A stretch of DNA of 50,030 nt, counting the filler, from Sphacelaria rigidula (lineage: Eukaryota), in NCBI GenBank assembly GCA_964200075.2. It is 3 parts of 3 records of this genome, joined end to end, with 100 filler letters (N's around TTAATTAATTAA, not from the genome) between each part and the next. Parts side by side here need not be neighbours in the genome. Positions count along the whole stretch, not along the records: positions 1 to 16,619 come from CAXNAA020001300.1; 2 more parts are not named here. One strand, written 5' to 3'. The position numbers and the translations under genes were made by a program. This document shows, one piece after another, positions 1 through 11,900 of the stretch. The notes under the pieces were generated by a model. The model made no database searches. It had not been told where the DNA came from and saw only the letters and a list, made by a program, of their open reading frames with translations. The stretch's first letter is position 1. Each line of letters starts with the position of its first letter.

Positions 1-159
1 AATACGAAGGCAAAGCATACGACGCGGAGGCCAATACCAACTCGCCCACCCTGTGCGAGTTACAATAGCACAAGCGGAACACCACAGTAGTCACCACCTG
101 CTTGTCACTGAAAAAAGAGATCATTCCCAATGTCAGCGGAGGGGGTATAATATTATATT

Positions 160-1100
160 ATTGATTAATTGATTCGATTTCTCTATTGATTGTCGCACTG
201 TAACTGACCCCCCAGGGGTCCAGCCTTGGTCACATGATAGATGTACCCAAGAAAAGCAAAACTACGGCACACAAACAAATCTGAGACACAAATATATGTC
301 CGGTGTCAACCCTATAGCTGGACGTATATCACCGAAGAATGTCGTGGGGCGGTATCCTCCACTGTGTGTTGTGGTTTCCATACCATCAAGCTGAGAGAGG
401 CTCTGATCGACTCCAAACCTTCAGTTGCGCGCGTGATAGGATCATCATCACCCCGTTTGAAAAGGGTTCGTATCCACTTGAACGTCCACAAGGGCACAAT
501 GTATGCTGAGGATACGGAGAAAAATGTTTCTCGTAATGAAACATGAATCGAACCTAATCCAACAGAAACGCCATATTACTCTGAGGAAAGCATTACGAGC
601 TTCCACAAACTTCAAAACTATGACAAGTATAGGCTGAAAAAAGATATGCTGGAAAATATGCGTCCCCATGACCGATTGTCGCACATAGATCAATCCGGAA
701 GTACTCCAGACGCAGTCAGGAGATAGATGTACCCAAGGTAAACAAGCGGAAGCGCGCGCTGGAGCAAACGAGAGAATGCTGTGGACTAAACATGAGAAAC
801 AAACAGGAGAACATAATAAACTGAGAACGAGACAGGAGAGGAAGGAAAAGGAAAAGAACAATAAGGAGATCAATGTAGAGCTAATTCTAGTACAGTACGG
901 ACCCTGAGAAAAAAAAATGATACTCCCCTACGCATGGCTTCAAGCGAGGCCGTACGAAAACAAAACAAAACAAAACGAAACGAAACGAAACGAAACGAAA
1001 CGAAACGAAACGAAACGAAACGAAACGAAACGAAACTGACTAAGTCATCAACTCGGCTAGGACGGAAACACAATCTTTGGCAGAAACTCGTTATCCATAT
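160..1100 (-). mobile_element. Two degenerate 3'-end remnants of an RTE-like LINE (about 160-300 and 670-1100)
   Basis: Motifs gattgtcgc...tgaccccccagg...ggtcacatgatagatgtaccc and ctac(g/c)(c/t)catggcttc recur at 3910-4145, where they adjoin an APE endonuclease fragment. A (GATT)-like tail lies at 160-190. Confidence 0.45.
956..1036. repeat. (CAAAA)/(CGAAA)n pentanucleotide microsatellite
   Basis: Directly visible tandem gaaac units. Confidence 0.95.
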
Positions 1101-1299
1101 AATTGTGTCTCTGATTAAGGGTGGCAAGAGGCGCACGGGAGTTGATACTCCTGCCCCGTTGTTGTCTGCTCCCTCTCTCTCTTTATGAAATGATTGCGGT
1201 GCAATAAAGTGTGACATATTCCGCCAATATCCATAGAAACAGACGCCTGTTTCTGGCAGACGGATCGGAAAGGGATTCCGCCGAGTGAAGAGATATATA

Positions 1300-1518
1300 T
1301 GTGTGTGTATTGCCATGTCATCTATTCTGGACGTCAGTCTACACCTTTCGGTATAGGTGGACGCATCAGCCAGGGTCACACAGGAGAAACATGAACACAG
1401 GAGTTTTGTCTTTCTTGTTTCGTTTCAGCACCCCACCTTCCTACTGAGGTGCTTGCCTTAATTCTTATCGCGAGGAGGGCTCAGCGGTTCGTTTCCCTCG
1501 TCAACCGTGAAGTCGACT
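1300..1518 (-). mobile_element. tRNA-derived SINE, 3' body fragment
   Basis: Shares gtgtgtgt tail, cagcc.gggtcacacaggag, gtgcttgcctt and ttccctcgtc.accgt with copies at 3484, 21093, 25778 and 49400. Confidence 0.7.
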
Positions 1519-3483
1519 TTTTTGTTTGAGATATATACAAGAGTTTTGGCGGCTTTCGCCACCACGTTCAATGGATCGACAGTCGTCAAGACACATGAGC
1601 ACCAGTGATACTCATGTGCGTTGCGTAATGGGTACATGACACAGATTGGCGAAGCCGAAGCAGCTCATGAGCTGAGCGCGTTATTCGACACCTTGCGCAA
1701 AATTTGCCAGAATTCGATGACAAACGATGATTTGTGTGAGACACGCGTCCACCACACATAAAAGGGTCAGCACCCGTTGAGCTGATGCCGATTCAAAGTC
1801 GAAACGGCAGTGCCGCTGATGGGTTTGTTGTTACCTCACCCCAATCAACCCGGGGGCGGGGGGCGGAGGGGGACTATCGCTCTATTTTCTTGACGTCTCT
1901 TTCCTTGTTTTTTGTTTGTGTTATTCTGTTTGTTTCATTTTGTTTGTTTCTTGCCTAAGGTCTTAGAAGTAACTATGAGAACTTGTGAGGAATAACAGGG
2001 ACGGTGTTGGAAAGACGGGCCTACGTCTGTGACCACGGGTACGAGAGATCGTGCTGATGTGCCAAAAATACTCTGGAGTAAGAACTATGAACCGCTGCAT
2101 ACGGCTGGTCATGATGAATGAAACTATAATAGCATGTGTACCGTAAAGCAGCAGCAGCAGCAGTAGCGCAGAGACAGGGAGAAAATAAGTACAAATGAGA
2201 CGATGGGACCTGCGTGTAAGATCAAAACCCGCTGCAGGGGTGCACGCGCTGTCTCGAGAGGTGGACTACATTCAATCCCTCGGCCGCGAGGGTAGCTCAT
2301 CTGGATCATGCACACCTTTATCAAGTGAAACTGGAGCAGTTTCAAGAGAAGATGTCATACTCTGGCCGTGAAAGGGTTGATGGAGATCGGCGGCACGAAC
2401 TTGTCGTGTCTTCTGATTGTTATATGAGCATGGTGCCCGTTCGATTTTCACGTAAAATCGATGCCGATTCCACAAATGACTTCTTTTGTTTCGTTTGCAG
2501 CCCGAAGAGAGACATGGATGACGGGGGCGCGTACGAAAGCTCAGCACAGCCCATCACAATCAGTGAAGTTGAGGAATTGACGGGCCCCGCACACCAATAA
2601 CACACAGCTCAAGCCGTAGTTGTCCATCAGCTGAGCTGCTGGGGAAATATCAGTTTCCCCTGGCATCTTCACCGTGTCCTTCCTCGGGTCGGCAGCATCA
2701 CCGTCATCAGCCTCGTGGTCCCAGATCCCGAAGGGAGTCATTTGGGTCATACATTATATTCTCAACTGAAATTAATGCCGATTCAATTTTGGGATAGTGG
2801 TATCTCGAATTTGACCAATTCATTGCTATGGTGGGTGGGTTATGTGTCGAAGCGGCATCACTTGCATGTGAGAAAAATCACTGCGTGGCCCGGATGACCT
2901 ACCCTTACGATCGAATGATTGAAATAGTATATACCGTTGTTTTCAGTGCCTCATGAAAAAAATCGCATGCACTGTGGAGTAGCAGCAGCAGCAGCAGCTA
3001 TAGCAGCAACCCAGAACCAGAAGAAAATGAAGTGAAGTCGGAACGATGCGATATACGTGCAAGATAACAACGCGCTAGAGGCGTGTCAACCCCACCCCGA
3101 GCGTTCAGTGGAGAAAGACGGCACGCTGCTAATTTATTCATTTTCTGATTCTCAACTGAAGGTGATGCCTATCCTATTTTTGGGTGAAAATGATGCATAA
3201 TCCAGAAATCAATATTTTCCTCGTTTCTAGCCAGAACAGGAACATAGGTGTCCCGTTGACAGACGCTCATGCAAAGGCTTGACATATGACGAATAACCAA
3301 ACACAATCAAGGGTGGACGCGGGGAAGTCATTGCCCCCGCAAACCGAGAACACACAGCTTGGTCTGGAGGTGCTCATGAGCTGAGCTGTGCGTGACCTTG
3401 CACGAGTCTGTTCAGAATTCAATGAGAAACGATGATAATCTGAATGAGACCCGCGCGAGCCAGTGTAGTTGTGTGCGGTACGT

Positions 3484-3773
3484 GTCACACAGGAGGAAGG
3501 CCAACACAGGAGTTTTTTTAATATATTTTCCATTTGTTTTAGTCCTCCACCTTCCTTCTGCGGTGCTTGCCCTATCATTTATTGCGAGAGGGGTTCAGCG
3601 GTCGCTTTCCCTTGTCGACCGTGAAGTTGAATTTTGTCTACCCACGACACAATCGCTCTCCACTGTGGGGCATGATGTGACAAAAAAATCCAGATCGTGT
3701 GACTGCACTGAGATTCGCAGCCACAACCCAACCGTCATAAGGTTGCGAGGTTACCAAATGAGCCACTGGGGCG
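3484..3773 (-). mobile_element. tRNA-derived SINE (head plus body)
   Basis: Minus strand starts cgccccagtggctcatttggtaacc (A-box-like); body homologous to 25778-26132. Confidence 0.75.
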
Positions 3774-3902
3774 ACCGGCTGCCGACTCGAATCTAAAACA
3801 ATAAACGCCTTTATTTTCAGCGCCTCATGATGAAAAAAATAGCATGTACGGTAGAGTACAGTAGTAGCAGCAGCTACAACAGCAGTCCAGAGACATCGAC
3901 TG

Positions 3903-4800
3903 ACTTGATCGATTGTCGCCAATTAATTGACCCCCCCAGGTAATCATGATCCAGCCGTGGTCACATGATAGACGTATCCGAGACAAAACAAAAATGAAAC
4001 GCTCGCTACAGAAAAAAGAACGAACAGGAAAGGTAGGACAGAACAGCATAGTAGACGAAGATGTAGAGAACAATATAAATTGAGAAAAATAAGAGAAAAT
4101 AAAAGGCAAGAACAGAAATGGCCGCTCTCTACCTCATGGCTTCGGCGGACAAGGTCTTGCGCAAAACCACAGTCATAGTCAGTCGGAGAAAACAAAAGGC
4201 CAGAAAAAAGCGAAGAAAGAGCCGCACTGAGGCGGACACGATGTTGTGGTCAGAGTCCGGTGCGTTGGGGGGGGGTGAAGGTAGGCAGTGACATTGCGAA
4301 CAAGGCTGCGGTGATCTTGCCGTGTGAGGATGGAGTCGATGCGTTTTTTTGTCCGCGGGGCGATCCGCAATATCGTCGAACTGCAGAGTACGCGACGTGC
4401 TTCCCTTGGGGGTGGAAAAGAACGTGTTGACCAGGGCAAACCTGTTGTCGCATGCAAATTGCAATAGAGAGATGCCGTTACTATCGTTGGATCGGGAGTC
4501 CCTGTCGTATGCCCGCACAGGTTTACATCTCTCCTCGCCAGTTCGTACCCGTGTCCTCGCGTTGGCGTCCATTTAAATAAACAGGTGACGCTTGTGGGGG
4601 ACTCGGTTCACGATGCTGTCTAACTCAGTCCAGAACACTTCTTTCTCTCCTCTTCACTGTGGAGTATCTGTAGGAGCATTCGCTACAAACATTGCAGCAT
4701 TTGATTTACCCGCAAGGTTTCAAGTCATCGACATGAGGCTGTCGCTGATGAGACAGTAAAAGGAAGGCACAGTCGAGACGATACAACAAGCGGGCAAGAT
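3903..4800 (-). mobile_element. RTE-clade LINE remnant: degenerate AP-endonuclease joined to 3' UTR
   Basis: Translation MDANARTRV...SNDSNGISLLQFACDNRFALVNTFF...KKRIDSILTRQ...DSDHNIV matches the APE motifs GDxNA, NxNG, IDY and SDH. Frameshifts are present and no RT domain is seen. Confidence 0.8.
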
Positions 4801-5177
4801 CACAACAGGCTCGAGGTATGCCCCGACAGTCAAACGGAGTGAGATAGCACGCTGCCGTTTCGCAAGGTTCCGATTTAACTGAGCACGATGCCGAATAAAT
4901 TCTCAAGTTAAAACGATGCCGATTTCACGAATGAATGTGACCTGTGTGCGATCGAGAGGTGGCATCTCCGACGGTCAAAGGGTCCACCGAGACGTCCAGC
5001 GAGAAAATGCATCAAACGAACGCAACGCATCGTCAAAACGCCATGCAGAACACAGCACAGAAAGCGTGTGCACTCCAAACCCAAGCAGAACCGGAACGCA
5101 GCCTCATGCCCAGCGAAATGAAAGCGAAGAGGCTGACGTGTATAGTCAGCGAAAACGTGAACTCTAAAATCGAGTGA

Positions 5178-5691
5178 AGAAGAAATACTGGCTTTTCAAA
5201 GCTTCAGAAAGTGAAATGATCCCGAAAGATATGTACTCTAAGGTCAACGAAGAAATGCAGCAAAATGACACCTGTCTGCAGGGAAGCCGTTATAGCCAAA
5301 AGGTAAATGATGAAAATAAATAATATCTAGTGATGAGGGTTTTGTTGAAGGATTTCGTCGGGTAGATGGCGTGTGGCCCATTGTTCAATGTTTGGTTCAT
5401 CTTCATGTCCAGTGAAATGCAAGGAAAGGGGTATCGGTCAATAAAGGTACCCTTAAATCAAATGAAGAAATTCTGGCTTGTCAGAGCTTCAGAGAACGAT
5501 TTAACCCCAAAGATAGTTACTCAAAAATCAAGAAAAGGCTGAACACTCGTCCGTGAGAGCTCCACAGTAAAATGATCCCCGTCTGCAGGAAAGCGATTCA
5601 ATGGAACTGTTAACTGCTATTACCGTTATGATGAGGGTTTTTTCAACGGTTTTCGCCGGGTAGATGGCATCTGGCCCAGTGTTCGATGTTT
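5178..5691. repeat. Diverged direct tandem duplication (period about 285-290 bp)
   Basis: gaagaaatactggcttttcaaagcttcaga...gatgagggttttt...gggtagatggc...tgttcaatgttt recurs at 5464-5691. Confidence 0.8.
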
Positions 5692-7662
5692 GTCGCTATG
5701 GCTCAAGAGTGAACATCAAGTTTCATCACTCTTGAGAGATCGGTGACGTCATATTTCGCCACGGGTGACGTAACAACTTGAAATTTATGGTTACTGCATG
5801 GAGCGTTTGAACCCTTGCTCATCAGCGATCCCACACCAGCTTACTTACTCATCCGACCCACTTTAGCAAACAGCACGAACCGTACGGTTGACTATCAGTC
5901 AAGAATCATCAAGGGTTTGAGTCACTGCCTCTCAGACTTATATCCTGTCGTCGTCGGGTGTTCCAGCCTCCTTCTATCGGACAGTGCGTTAGTCAATCCG
6001 TACTGGAAGAGTATCATAGATCGCTTTTTTCCCGTCACATTTTGAGTGATTCGTTATGAACTGAAGTGCTCAACGGTAGTGGCCGAGACTCGGGCTGCTT
6101 TTAACAAGTGCAAATCCGAATCGAAACGCGTTCGATTTGATTTCCTGAGGAGAACGACAGCCAACAGCGCCTCGTGCTGAGAGATCTGGGATCTTACAGC
6201 ATCTCTGGCTTGTAAGTCTAGCTCCTCGAACCATCCCACCGCAGGGGGCGGGGTGTGTGAATTGTTACCCAAGACAGGCGGATTCTCGGCTGTGACGTAC
6301 AAACGAAGCACACATTCACGAGCAAGCCCTTGGAAGTGACCGTTGTCAAGCTCTCTCTATGTCCCTGAATACAGACATTAACAAGGTCACAAAATCGTAA
6401 TACTGCCTGGGTAAGGTCTCAAGGTGGCCCCTTCCCGCCTTCCTTGCCCGTCCGTACGGTACGTGGGATAGGGCGGCCCTGTTTTCATTCTCTCTTCATC
6501 TTCTCTGTGATGTACTCTGATTTCATATTTTTCCTTGTGTTTCCCCTTGCGTATGCTGTACTAGTGCTCGTGTCTCCTTTTCATCACATCAAGTCGTTGA
6601 AAGTTCCTGCTCGAGCCCTAACGGGGACCTGTCGAGGTTTCCCTGAAGACCATTCCTGGTCCATCTTCTCCGTCAGCATTGTTCAGTCGTTTCTCTTCTA
6701 TACGAGGTGGTTCACGCTCATCACCCAGATTTCACTCATCCGCACATATTCACGCTGAGTCGTGGAGCTAGACTCTAAGCATGTGTGCATATATACCGTG
6801 GGAAAAAGTTATCATATTCATAAATGGAGTCCCTCAATTTTTGTTTTTCGCCAGTCATCGGCGGTCCTAGAGTTCGGGGGCATTTGACGGGATCACATGC
6901 CCTTCTGATAACCCCGATAGCTTGCGGTTCAAAAACTCGAAAACAAAATCATTCAAAACAATCATCATGCTCCATAGTATACATGTGCAAAGATTTAGGG
7001 TCTAACGCCAAGAATCGGCTTGAACGTTTGCGCTTTGGTGCGATGAACTGAGCACGGAAGGTTTCAACTTCCAACTACTTGATTTTGGAACGGAAGTGTA
7101 TTTGAGCGTTGAAATGAGGGAACCTCATGAGGATTTCGAGTGTTGCGATGAAACGTTGTACAAATGTTCCTTGGACTACCATCGGACGCGGGAATGTGTC
7201 GTTTTTCTTCAACTTATCATGTACCGGCTTCCTAGGGTCTCCACGCGTGGACTCCCGGAAGCCGGTAAAGACTGGATGAGCTTTGACGTATATCCCATAC
7301 TATATTTTTGCATTCGAAGCATGAATACCGACCGAACTGCCAAGTTTGAGAGCGATCTGCGATTCTCTACAAAAGATATATGGGAATCCGGTGCGTATCA
7401 TCAGTGAAAATCCGGCGACGCCGAAGCCTCTGTGACAATTTACAGGCAACCGATTGGACTACCGTACCGTCAGCGGTGACTGTACGGTAGACAAACTCTT
7501 TCCCAGAGTTTGTGTACTGAGGTCCCTATCAGTCAACTCGGGGATTGGACTCTCCCCCATCACCCTTTTTTTTATCGGAGGTGGGATTTTCTCTTTTTCT
7601 TCAAAGAACGTGCGTCCAACGGGAATCGAACTAGCGGCTAACTTTTGTGACGATTAATAGAT

Positions 7663-7716
7663 AACCGATTAGATTACCGTACAGTCAGCGCTGACTGTAC
7701 GGTAATCTAATCGGTT
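7663..7716. repeat. Perfect 54-bp palindrome (imperfect extension 7647-7732)
   Basis: aaccgattagattaccgtacagtcagc|gctgactgtacggtaatctaatcggtt is its own reverse complement. Confidence 0.95.
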
Positions 7717-8069
7717 GCCTATAAATCGTCACACCCCGCATCACCGAAATACCGCGGTTCGGGGTACAAGTCGATCCCATCGTAACCGTTTTCAAATTTG
7801 TTTCTCTTCGTTAGATTCCCGAGCTGACGGCGGTTTCCACGATTTGGAGCATGTGGAGATTTTGAGAAAAACATTGAGTCAGGAATTAGTATGCTCGATT
7901 TCAGAATAATCCGGAGGCCGTTGATTGGTCGAGATGAAACTTCCTCCTGAGCGCCACCCCTATGACCTTGAACACAATTCCGGCAACATCACCCTGTTAG
8001 GTTGTCTATAGCGGTCATGATATGATACCATGAATGCTCCTATTGGATACGTATTGTGAAACGGGTTTA

Positions 8070-8298
8070 CTGCCAGCACACGTTGGGGTGATGAGCCTGA
8101 CCAGCTCGTGCGTGATTTCTTGTTTTGTGCTGTTTTCTCCTTTCGTTTCTTGTTCTCGTTTTGCTCTATTTCTATCAAGCGAGAGTCACCGGGTCTATAT
8201 ACCTCGGGTAACTCTGGCCATCTTATAATAGCAAAACGGCTGGATCCGCTGCGGATTACTTGAGGTGAGATTACCGATCGACCTTGCAATCAATCAAC
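8070..8298 (+). mobile_element. Probable LINE 3' end with (AATC)n tail
   Basis: Pyrimidine-rich UTR-like stretch ending ...cttgcaatcaatcaa, the same tail type as the RTE remnants on the minus strand. Confidence 0.35.
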
Positions 8299-9004
8299 CT
8301 GTATGTACAATTGAACAGTATGTGTGCCAAGCTATGGAGAAAGCGGATTGTTCAATCACCCCATAGATCCACGCAATGAAAGTCGTGCTAGTTCACACGA
8401 TTGCAAGACAAAACACGTTCAATAGTGCCTCCTATAGTATGCTGTCCCACAAAGTGCGGCGTCCCAGCCACAGTGCACTCGAAATACATTTGCACGCGCC
8501 CACGTCGTCATCGAATATTTCTAGACCGTTGCACTACTCTGAATACGCAATTTATCCGTCTCACACTTTCGACTCCATCCCTCCGTCAGAAAGATATTGT
8601 CGTCTCGAGGGATCGGTCAATCTCTCTTTCGGTATCCCCGCCTTGCACAATCATCAAAAAGTGAATCACCACTCCTGCATCCCGTTGACGTTTATCAAAC
8701 AATTCTGCCAGCTCTGGTTTGCATATACGGGGACGATAGGGACCAGAAATATAACTCCATTATGGGACTTCCGACTAAACAATCCGCCCCCCGTATGGTC
8801 GATGTGACAGATTGACCACCGAGGCGCGGCGGAATTATGCACGCTGAACTGTGGGGTCCGCCATGGTAGGGGCGGGGCAGTCTCAAGACCGATCGCACGA
8901 ACTCGGTACCACGACTCGTACCCAAAAGCCCATCACTACACGTTGATAGCATTTTGCCTTCACTTTGAAAAATGACTCACCTCTTGCCGGGTGCGCCGAA
9001 GGTC

Positions 9005-9044
9005 ATCCCCGTCCTCGTCCTCGTCCTCGTCGTCGTCGTCGTCG

Positions 9045-9075
<31 letters not shown>

Positions 9076-10373
9076 CGTCGTCGTCCTCGTCTTCGTCCCC
9101 GTCCTCATCCTCCTCCTCCTCCTCCTCATCTTCGTCGCCAATGCAGAGAAACATTGAGCACAAGGCGGTCGTGGGACCTTGTCGGTGTTGTACTTCTAAA
9201 ATGGAGGCTTTCTTTCCACATGTTCCCCTTGAGAAGGAACAGAGATAATGTGGAGATTTCCCGGGAAAGTGGCAATCCTTTCCTTTTTGCTGGGGGTTCT
9301 CACATATCTAGAACCGATTTCACATCTAAACGAAAAAGTTCGAAGCACTGAAGAAGTTGCCGAGTGTGAAAATTCAGGATTGCAAAGATGTTCATCTATG
9401 AATCTAACGATATCATAGTAGCCACCTCCGTTGGGGAGATACGAAATGCATCCCATCACCGACCTTTCTCATGGAACAGGGGGAGTAAACATTCAAAGTA
9501 CTTTCGTATTTGCTATCGGGTTATTATTGTCGGTAGGACATCTTCTGTGCAATCCTGAATTTTCACATTTGGCAACTTCTTCAGTAGTTTGCACATTTGT
9601 GTTTATATGTGAAATGGGTTCTAGATATGTCAAAAATTCCAGCAAAAAGGAAAGGATTGCCACTTTTCCGGGAAATCTCTTCACTATCTTTGTTCCTATT
9701 CAAGGGTAACATGTGGAAGTAAAGCCTCCGTTTCAGAAGTACAACACCGACAAGGTCCCACGCCCGCCTTGTGCTCAATGTTTCTCTGCATTGGGGTTGT
9801 GCAGAGTCCGAGGACGAAGATGAGGGCGGGGAACACGATGAGGACGAGGACAACGATGAGGACGAGGACAACGATGAGGACGAGGATCATCCTCATCTCC
9901 GTCCCCGTCCTCATCGTTGTCCTCGTCCTCACCGTCGTCCTCGTCCTCATCTTCGTCCTCGGACTCTGCACAATGCCAATGCAGAGAAACATTGAGCACG
10001 AGGCGGTCGTGGGACCTTGTCGGTGCTGTACTTCTGAAACGGAGGCTTTCCTCCAACATGTTACCCTTGATAGGAACAAAGAGTGTGAAGACATTTCCCG
10101 GAAAAGTGGCAATCCTTCCCTTTTTGCTGGAATTTTTCACATATCTAGAACCCATTTCAAATATAAACACAGATGTGCAAACCACTGAAGAAGTTGCCAA
10201 ATGTGCAAATTCAGGATTGCGCAGACGATGTCCTTAATAATTCGATAGCAAACACGAAAGTACTTTGAATGTTTACTCCCCCTGTTGCATAAGAAAGGTC
10301 GGTGATAGGATGCATTTCGTATCTGCGCAACGGAGGTAGCTACTATGATATCGTTAGATTCATTGGAAACATC
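9005..10373. repeat. Inverted triplication (fwd-rev-fwd) containing a ~985-bp palindrome centred on 9888
   Basis: Segment ccaatgcagagaaacattgagcac...aattcaggattgc is forward at 9138-9392, reversed at 9536-9793 and forward at 9975-10233. The centre is gaggat-c-atcctc. Spacer 9393-9535 reappears inverted at 10234-10373. Confidence 0.92.
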
Positions 10374-10530
10374 AAGTCATGAAAATGCTTATAGATACAA
10401 GAACAATCGGAGTCATGATTATTGAGAATACTCAGGATGGAATTGTTCATGTTCTGGGATTTGTTTCGAGAATTGCACGCTTTTCAAGACCAATCACGGC
10501 GTTTCATCGTCCACTACGTACCACAACGAC

Positions 10531-11900
10531 GATGTACGCTCCCGGGCACACATCCCGACGCCGTCAACGTTGCGTCGAAGCATCATTGGGTCGCCGCTAC
10601 GACATGGCAGAGAGAGCGCTGGCCATTCCGCCAGGAAATTCAAGGGTGCCGAAGGATACTTTAGGTCGTGCCCACCGAGCGCTACGGTGTTGGTCCCGAG
10701 TACCCGATAGAACTATCGGGAATCTGCAAAATTTAGAAAGATGGGACCGCGTAGCTCGTTCTTGCACACAAACGTCGGAGTGGGCGGCCGTCGCTTCCCA
10801 CTCCAACAGAGATAGGCTACGGACGGCCATCAAGCAGAATCGGTACAAGATGCCCACGCGAGCGTCGAATCAGCTGAAAAAGGTCGGGCTGGAATACGGC
10901 GAAGAGACCGTGAAGCTGTGGTTCAGGGGGTCGGGGACGGTAATGGTGCCTCGTCGCACCAAGCATGCCCTTTGCCAAGCCCAGAAGAAATCCGAGGAGT
11001 TAATTTCTGCGATCAGGTGGACGAGACAATTGGGGACAAACTCCCGTGACCGAGAAAACGCTATCCATCTAGACGAAAGTGTTTGATTTTTCAAGAATAA
11101 GGAGGGGGTTAGAGTCTTCCCGGGTGAATCTATTCTCGGATTTCCGCATACAGCACAAGAGCCACCCTTCGAAGATAACGATGACGTGGCAAACGCGCCG
11201 CGGTACCCGAGCTACGATTTCGGTGCAATCATTGGTATCTGGCGCATTCGCGTCCTGAGAACGGCCTAGCGATTGTCCCAGAGGAAGTAGAAGGGGCAAG
11301 AGTACAAGTTCGATTGTACCATCGACGCCGACAGGTACAAGGGGTGGTACGTCGACAAATTTCTTCCTGCAATCAACCTCAAGATACCGTGGCTACGTTC
11401 AAAGCGATTAGCAATGCAGGAGGAAGGCATAGGCCCCCACACGGGGGAAAGACAAACCCCGAAATTCTCGACTCTGCGGACATGGGGCGGGATTGGATGG
11501 TAGAGCTTGTGACGCAGCCTCCCAGGTCGCCTAACTCGAACATTGACGGCTCGGGCGTTGCATCTCTCAAGTCAAAGGTACGGGGGATGAGCGACATTTC
11601 GATATACAAGTTGATGGAGACTAGCTTCAAGCGGTACGAAGAGGACGACAGAAGCACGTTAGACTGGATTTGGCAAAGCCTCTTCAAGGACAACCAAACA
11701 AACCGTGGCTTTGGCGAGAAGGACTCTAGAGTAGAGCAGAGCAGTGTTCCGGTTTGAAAGAGGATCGGAACGTTGGAAAGGGTGGTGAAGTACGATAATG
11801 AGGTCTTTTCGGTGTGCGAACAAGATATTTTTCCGACTAGAACAAAGCGCCAATGATTTTGAAAACAATACCCCTTACGCATTGGACACGGTTGAGGGCC
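10531..11900 (+). pseudogene. Tc1/mariner-superfamily (plant/oomycete DD39D-like) transposase pseudogene
   Basis: Frameshifted motifs AIHLDE (cf. VHIDEKWF), QHKSHP, YVDKFLPAI...PW, and VTQPPRSPNSNID..VASLKS (cf. QPPNSPDLNVLDLGFFASL). Stops are present and no TIR pair was found. Confidence 0.82.

Noticed and set aside
2501-2600. Possible plus-strand terminal exon after tttgcag (PKRDMDDGG...AHQ*)
   Set aside because: No recognisable homology or upstream partner exon in the window
8960-10237. Poly-acidic, poly-Ser and poly-Arg ORFs
   Set aside because: By-products of (TCC/TCG)n repeats duplicated in the inverted triplication; no domain or splice support
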